A stretch of DNA of 57,165 nt from positions 1 through 57,165 of the IMG/VR virus record IMGVR_UViG_3300049023_000036. One strand, given 5' to 3'. The position numbers and the translations under genes were made by a program. Positions within the stretch are counted from its first letter, which is position 1, and every line of letters starts with the position of its first letter. The stretch comes from a virus. Positions 51,716 through 57,165 of this stretch are shown here, piece by piece. A model generated the notes under the pieces. That model saw only the letters and a program-made list of their open reading frames with translations. It was not told where the DNA came from and made no database searches.

Positions 51716-54700
51716 TTAGAATTTGAATGTTTGTAAACTTGATCCGGCTGATTTAGCAACTAACCATTCACCCGGCCCTGACATTGTAAGGGATGCACCA
51801 TTGTCAATTGTTCCTGATGGATACAAAACAGAAAATGAATTTGCATCTTCAGAAACCTTTTTGATCCAAACTTCTTTTCCTGCAAACAATGGATCAACTG
51901 TAATGATAATATTCCCGGCGGTTGTATCAACCAACATCATTTCATCATTGACGGTATAATTTGAATCACCGGATATTGTTCTTGTCGTTCCGTATGATAC
52001 ACCTGAAGATGATCCTGATGATGAAGGGAACGCGGAAAGATCATCAACGGTTAATATTTTTTTGAAAATATTCCCGATACCTATTCCGATTTTTGTTCCA
52101 TCGTATTGAACTGATCCATCTTCAGTTGTTCCGCGCAATGCCTGATTTGGAAGTTTAAGAATTGAACCGCTTGCAACTTTCACGCTCCCTTTTGTTGAAC
52201 TACTTGTTGATTCAAGTTCCAAATCTTCTGATGAAAGTGATCCGCCGACAATCTTTTGTCCTCCAATCACGCCAACCGCTAATGATGAAACTTTTTCAGT
52301 TGTTGGGAATGTATTCCTTGCAACAAATTCATATGCTTCTTGGTAAGAATTAAATTCAACATACAACAGCGCGCCAATCCTCCAAACCGTATCGGCTGAC
52401 TTGTGTATTTGCATATAACCGCCGCCCGATGCTGATGCCCGGTGAACATGGAAAAAATATTGCCATTCACTTGATGTTGTTGATAATACTGAACTCGCCT
52501 GATTAACCCATTGAATTTTTGCTTCGCCTGTCCCTGAAACTCTTTTTAACAATGCGGTTTTCAGATAATATTTTCCTTCGGTTATAATAACCCCATTAGC
52601 AATGTTCGCGGTTCCTGTTCCTGTTGGAATTTCAATCGCTTTTGAAAATATTGCAGGATCATCAACGATGGTACAACCCGCCGCCGCAAAACTATTCCAA
52701 ACAGTTAATTCAGGATTTGGCCCGCATGAAAATAAAACCTTTGAAACTTTTGCCGAAACACCTGAAGGAATTGCGCCGCGCCAAATTGCGTTTGCCGAAT
52801 CATCAGGATCAACAAAAGGTGCATCATTATGGAAAACATTATTGTTTGCTAATTGAAAACCTAATGCCTTGTTTGAAATCTCAACCGATGTTTCATCTTT
52901 TTCAATTGCACCGTTGCCATATATGTATTCGTTTGATCCTTCCCAAATGATAACACTATTTACCAACTTCCTTTTGAACATTGCGGTGTGCCGCATGAAT
53001 GCGTGTTTCACCTGTCCGAAATAATAAACAAAATTTTGCGTGTAGGTGATGCCATCAACAACAACGCTGTTTGATGTTCCGTTTGCTTCCAAATATGTAT
53101 TTTCAAAAACAAATGGAAACAATGCGTTCCCGTACGCTTTTATGTAAATAGCGAAACCCGGATTTCCTTCAATGATACAATCATTAAAATGATGTCCGCC
53201 GCCGTTCTGATCCTGATCGATATATATCACCGCCTTTGATGCGCCTGAAAAATGGCAATGGTTAAAGTAGTCGTTCCCGGTGTGCATTACAGGCGTTACA
53301 TTCTGAACTGCGTGATAATGAAATTCACCACCTTGAAAACTGCAACTTGTATATCTGTTTCCAAGATTGCCCGCAGTTTTTGAAATTGCTTTTACACAAT
53401 CCTTGAACGCAACGTTTTCAAAAACCCATCGGCCCGCATATTGATTGCCCGGCGCAATTCCTGCATTGTCTATTTTTACACCATTAGAAACGTTTCCACC
53501 AACGAAACAAAGATTCTTAATGTACTTAAAATCCCATGCAACATTCGGATATTGCGAATCTGCTTGACCCATTGTAAAAACGGTTGAACCGTCCGAAACA
53601 GCTTGAATTGAAGTTGTTTCACCCCCGCCGCGAACATTTGATTTTATATATACATCTTGCGCGCGATATTTACCCGGCGGAATATATAATTCAACAGAAT
53701 GATTCAATGATCCGGCGACTTTGTTCCATGCTGCATCGGCTGCTTTCCAAAATGCCAATGAATCATTTGTTACACCATCACCAACCGCGCCAAACCATTT
53801 AACATTGACATGCGGAATTGAATTCGGATAAACCATTACGAATGGAATACTTGGATCAAGCCAATATTGGTTTTCATCAACAGATACATCGCCCCTAAAT
53901 TCAAATTGTCTGTTTGCTGCAAGATTGAAAATAACACCCCTTCCAATTTCAATTGATTTTCCTGAAGGGAAAACAATTGATGATCCTGAATAATGAACAC
54001 CGGGTTTATTAAAAATAACGTGCTTGATGTTTGTTATTGTAAGACATTTATTTATTCTTTGATAATCATCTGTTGTTCCATCTGCAACAATTCCCATCCA
54101 TGATGAATAAAATTTCCCGTCCATTGTTCCCTCTATGCCTGAAACAGTTGGCGTTCCTCCAAAAATATATTGTGATGGATTTGCATCAATTATACCGCCT
54201 GATAAAGTATATGTTCCGATTAACTTCGTTCCGTTTTCAAACTTCAATACTTTACCCGCCGGAATAGTTAATGTTCCTGAAACAGTTATATCACCGCCGC
54301 CCGGTAAATCAAAAACCAATGTTTTCAAATCTGCAATTGCAAGTGCTGCGGTTATCGCTGCGTTACGATCTGCACCCGGAACTATATTGAAATCAGAAAT
54401 AGAATAGATTGAATTCCTACTTACAAATGAAATCCAAGAAACGCCATTAAACCATTCAATACAACTCAAATCAGAATTATATCTTAATCTTCTTTTTACA
54501 CCCGTTGGCCTTTGTGCTGTTGTACCAATTGGTAAATCAATTCCACCTGTTGCATTCAATCGCATAACACCCGATTCAGGTCGCGTAATGTATTCAACCG
54601 GATTCGCAGTATTATCGCCGAATGCAAAACCATAAACTGAATTCACATCAGCAAGAAAACGATTCGCTGAAACTCTCGCGGGCCTTAAATTAGTTGTAAG

Positions 54701-56383
54701 ATTCCCCCCTATGTTATATAAATTATCTTCGGGAAAATTCAATGCCCCGTAAAAATTCATATACCTGATGTTTGCATTTAACTGATACCTTGATTTAAAA
54801 TTTAATACTCCTGCTGCCTCAATTGTTTTTATACCTTGCGTGTATTCAACTTTACCCGCGTTTGCTCCTAAAGTATATTCAACTTCCATGTTCTGCGGAA
54901 TGAATCCGCCTTCCCATTCATTTGCATCTTTAAATAAATCACCTTGATTTGCTCCAATGTTGGTGATTACAACCCGCGATCCGCTTAATACAGAACCCGC
55001 ATTCAAGAATTTCATTCCGGTTGTAGGTCTATTTGTAACATATGGAAGTCCATCGACAATTAATGTTCTTGATCCATTGCCTGAAGAAATATCAAACAAT
55101 TGATTCGGGTAAATTCTTTGAATGTTTTTCAAAACCATTACCCCGCCAAAACTAAGTTTGAAATTTATGTTCTGCGGATTTGTTGCGCCTCCTGTACTTT
55201 CTAACCAAATATCTTCAAAAGTGTTTATCAAAACTCCTGTTGATCCTACATAATCAAATTCAAAATTATACAACGGGTTGTTTCCTTCAGATACAACGCT
55301 TTTAACAAGCGTTTGATCTGCTGCAAGTAGTTGAATTGAACACCTTGAATCGGTATGGTTTACAAACCTACAATTTGAAATTGTGTTTGCATTGAATGCG
55401 CTGTTTACAGTTGTCGCGCCTGTCCAATATCCATGCCGCCCAATTATACCAACATTTAAACATTGAGTAAATCGAAGATTATAAAAATGACCATGCAAAG
55501 AAAAATAAGAAACAATTCCATCGTATAACCGTGTGAATGCACAATCAAAAATTCTCCATGAATAAGTTGCCGCAATTTCAATTCCTTTTTGTAATGTATT
55601 CGCGGTGTTTGTTGTTAGGTTTCCTAAAAACAGTATTCCTGATATAGAACAGATATAATCGGACAACAAACCGTTTCTTAGTGCATCTGATGGCAATCGG
55701 CGAAGTATTGAAATATTTTGATCAGTTCTGATTTGTGAACCTTTACCTTCAATGTGTAAATGATAATTACCGCCCAATAACTGTAACGGAAGATCAATCG
55801 GATTGGCAACATAATATTTCCCGGATGGTATAATAACTTTTAATACCGGATTCGTATTATTAAAATATAAAAACATTTTATTGAACGCGCCGGAATCATC
55901 TGAAACATCATTCGCAAGAGCGCCAAACCACATAGGAGAAATTTCACCTGATGAAGTGTTTGAAAAGTTCGCTGTAATATCAGGTCCAAAAATATTGTCT
56001 GTTAACCTTGCATCAATCTTTCCTCCTGTGATAGTTCCGGTTCCAACAATTCGTGTTCCGGGTTTTATAACAAGAGTTTTATTAAAACAATTAACAACGC
56101 CATCGATGGTAATATCGCCACCGCCTTCAACATCAAACACAACTGTTTTTACCGATGGGTGATTGAAAGCATCAACAAGTTTTTGAGTAACATCAACATA
56201 ATCACCGCCCTTGATTCCAAGTTCTGAAGTTGTGAATCTTGATCCCCTTTTATTCCTTACAAACTTTTTTCCTTCTGCATCAACGAAACCAATGATTCCA
56301 TCATTAACAACGCCAACAGGAAAATCAGCCACTTCGCGTAACAATAACCCGCGATCCTTAATGTTCAAAAATTTAGTTGCCAT
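51716..56383 (-). CDS. Giant tail spike with three pectate-lyase-3-like modules
   Basis: 1555 aa. Three copies of the F/W-G-A-x-x-D-x-x-x-D-D entry motif (MWFGALANDVSDDSGAF, SSWMGIVADGTTDDYQRI, VKWFGAVGDGVTNDSLAF). The first two are preceded by the paralogous VVFDVEGGGDITIDG and LVFDLPGGGDITVSG. Confidence 0.8.
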   Translation of the reverse strand: MATKFLNIKDRGLLLREVADFPVGVVNDGIIGFVDAEGKKFVRNKRGSRFTTSELGIKGGDYVDVTQKLVDAFNHPSVKTVVFDVEGGGDITIDGVVNCFNKTLVIKPGTRIVGTGTITGGKIDARLTDNIFGPDITANFSNTSSGEISPMWFGALANDVSDDSGAFNKMFLYFNNTNPVLKVIIPSGKYYVANPIDLPLQLLGGNYHLHIEGKGSQIRTDQNISILRRLPSDALRNGLLSDYICSISGILFLGNLTTNTANTLQKGIEIAATYSWRIFDCAFTRLYDGIVSYFSLHGHFYNLRFTQCLNVGIIGRHGYWTGATTVNSAFNANTISNCRFVNHTDSRCSIQLLAADQTLVKSVVSEGNNPLYNFEFDYVGSTGVLINTFEDIWLESTGGATNPQNINFKLSFGGVMVLKNIQRIYPNQLFDISSGNGSRTLIVDGLPYVTNRPTTGMKFLNAGSVLSGSRVVITNIGANQGDLFKDANEWEGGFIPQNMEVEYTLGANAGKVEYTQGIKTIEAAGVLNFKSRYQLNANIRYMNFYGALNFPEDNLYNIGGNLTTNLRPARVSANRFLADVNSVYGFAFGDNTANPVEYITRPESGVMRLNATGGIDLPIGTTAQRPTGVKRRLRYNSDLSCIEWFNGVSWISFVSRNSIYSISDFNIVPGADRNAAITAALAIADLKTLVFDLPGGGDITVSGTLTIPAGKVLKFENGTKLIGTYTLSGGIIDANPSQYIFGGTPTVSGIEGTMDGKFYSSWMGIVADGTTDDYQRINKCLTITNIKHVIFNKPGVHYSGSSIVFPSGKSIEIGRGVIFNLAANRQFEFRGDVSVDENQYWLDPSIPFVMVYPNSIPHVNVKWFGAVGDGVTNDSLAFWKAADAAWNKVAGSLNHSVELYIPPGKYRAQDVYIKSNVRGGGETTSIQAVSDGSTVFTMGQADSQYPNVAWDFKYIKNLCFVGGNVSNGVKIDNAGIAPGNQYAGRWVFENVAFKDCVKAISKTAGNLGNRYTSCSFQGGEFHYHAVQNVTPVMHTGNDYFNHCHFSGASKAVIYIDQDQNGGGHHFNDCIIEGNPGFAIYIKAYGNALFPFVFENTYLEANGTSNSVVVDGITYTQNFVYYFGQVKHAFMRHTAMFKRKLVNSVIIWEGSNEYIYGNGAIEKDETSVEISNKALGFQLANNNVFHNDAPFVDPDDSANAIWRGAIPSGVSAKVSKVLFSCGPNPELTVWNSFAAAGCTIVDDPAIFSKAIEIPTGTGTANIANGVIITEGKYYLKTALLKRVSGTGEAKIQWVNQASSVLSTTSSEWQYFFHVHRASASGGGYMQIHKSADTVWRIGALLYVEFNSYQEAYEFVARNTFPTTEKVSSLAVGVIGGQKIVGGSLSSEDLELESTSSSTKGSVKVASGSILKLPNQALRGTTEDGSVQYDGTKIGIGIGNIFKKILTVDDLSAFPSSSGSSSGVSYGTTRTISGDSNYTVNDEMMLVDTTAGNIIITVDPLFAGKEVWIKKVSEDANSFSVLYPSGTIDNGASLTMSGPGEWLVAKSAGSSLQTFKF

Positions 56384-56400
56384 TATAATTTTTATTTTTT

Positions 56401-56586
56401 TTATGCAATCGGATATGTTTCAATTTCATCGATGCCACCCACATCAGGCAAATAAATAGGATCGATTTTGTTTGTTTCTGCATTCAATTGCAAGAACAAA
56501 CGCGGATCAATTATTTCCCTTCCATCTTCAGTTAAGAACTGGAATTTTATTCCGTTCGCTGATAATAATATTTGTTTGTCTGCCAT
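56401..56586 (-). CDS. Hypothetical protein (fibre module)
   Basis: 61-aa ORF between two fibre genes, with 3-nt and 17-nt gaps. Confidence 0.4.
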   Translation of the reverse strand: MADKQILLSANGIKFQFLTEDGREIIDPRLFLQLNAETNKIDPIYLPDVGGIDEIETYPIA

Positions 56587-56589
56587 CGA

Positions 56590-57165
56590 TTAGATTTTTA
56601 CTGTGTATAATACGCCCACATTACCAACTTCATTTATTTTCCCGGCGTTGATTGTATAATTGTAATCTTCAGGCGTTGATCCCGGCCCGCGTTGATTCAA
56701 TACATAAATGTTATCCGCCGTTCCTGATTTCCTGTCCAAGTATCCTGTTAATGTAAAATTGAATTCTCCAACTTGCGGCCCTTGATAAACACCCGCATTG
56801 TTAGGAACGCGGTTCACATCAGAACCGGATTTCAATCCCTTCAAATGCGTGTCCATCAGATCAGGCAAACGGAATGTTGTTGATCCATCACCCAATGAAA
56901 AACATCCGCGATAAGGGCGCAAAATTGTTTTTCCGCCAACTGTTGCTGATGGAGTATTCCAAACAGAATCCGAAACCAAGGATGAACCGAATGATTGAAT
57001 TCTACTAAATAACCTTGGATAATCAGCGCGGTTAACTAATGCACCGTTGCATAATAATTCATCATCATCAACAAAATATGATGTGTTTATCTTTCCAACG
57101 TTTTTATATATTCTCCCAAAATCATTGATCACATAAAAACCATCCGAATCCTTATACATTAAAAC
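56590..57165 (-). CDS. Tail fibre protein, C-terminal part with a phage tail-collar-like domain (same gene as 1..871)
   Basis: CNGALVNRADYPRLF and GDGSTTFRLPDL match the tail-collar motif. The frame stays open upstream of the ORF-track Met and continues through the overlap to the ATG at 871. Confidence 0.75.
   Translation of the reverse strand, partial: VLMYKDSDGFYVINDFGRIYKNVGKINTSYFVDDDELLCNGALVNRADYPRLFSRIQSFGSSLVSDSVWNTPSATVGGKTILRPYRGCFSLGDGSTTFRLPDLMDTHLKGLKSGSDVNRVPNNAGVYQGPQVGEFNFTLTGYLDRKSGTADNIYVLNQRGPGSTPEDYNYTINAGKINEVGNVGVLYTVKI
57039..57165. repeat. Terminal overlap, identical to 1-127
   Basis: Direct comparison of both window ends. Confidence 0.95.

Noticed and set aside
47873-56383. 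Diversity-generating retroelement (template/variable repeat) acting on the fibre genes
   Set aside because: There is no reverse transcriptase anywhere in the genome. The internal repeats are diverged at protein level in all positions, not adenine-specific near-identical DNA copies.
1-57165. tRNA genes, CRISPR arrays, integrase/excisionase, transposases, toxin-antitoxin pairs
   Set aside because: Non-coding gaps are few and short, the longest being about 200 bp. None shows cloverleaf-like or repeat-spacer structure, and no ORF has tyrosine- or serine-recombinase or transposase motifs. The XRE gene alone is not evidence of lysogeny.

Overview
The window is a complete, circularly closed genome (about 57.04 kb) of a tailed dsDNA phage. 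Bases 1-127 are identical to 57039-57165, and this overlap falls inside a tail-fibre gene. A 1493-aa tape measure and no sheath gene point to a long non-contractile tail. Every convincing gene but one is on the minus strand, so transcription runs from high to low coordinates. Modules in that order: (1) early small genes, 44.96->41.2 kb; (2) recombination and replication, 40.7->30.6 kb (SbcC/Rad50-like ATPase, RecT, MBL-fold hydrolase, SF2 helicase, initiator-like protein, DnaB); (3) a 675-aa coiled-coil protein converging on the only plus-strand gene, which encodes a secreted protein; (4) ParB-like nuclease, terS and terL, 27.6->24.9 kb; (5) an accessory island of about 9 kb, 24.8->15.8 kb, that separates terminase from portal; (6) portal, head, neck, tail, tape measure and tail tip, 15.7->0.9 kb; (7) fibres and spikes running through the window junction, 871->1 then 57165->47.9 kb; (8) lysis cassette, 47.0->45.2 kb. 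I found no integrase, DNA polymerase, primase, recognisable SSB, reverse transcriptase, tRNA or CRISPR array. Most starts lack a Shine-Dalgarno sequence and have A-rich leaders. Together with the LpxA homologue and spanin-like genes this suggests a diderm, SD-poor host such as Bacteroidota, at low confidence. My best candidate for an undescribed system lies in the island: an operon with its own promoter encoding an XRE regulator, a 3-TM protein, a GT2 and a GT-B glycosyltransferase, with a truncated LpxA-like acyltransferase just upstream. Other notable points are a DnaB with an SSB-tip-like DDDDPPF tail, iteron-like repeats inside the initiator-like gene, a spike with three pectate-lyase-like modules, and a well-phased A_AAT_TTT frameshift site in the tail chaperone pair. 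All family calls rest on motifs and gene order read by eye; no searches were run.
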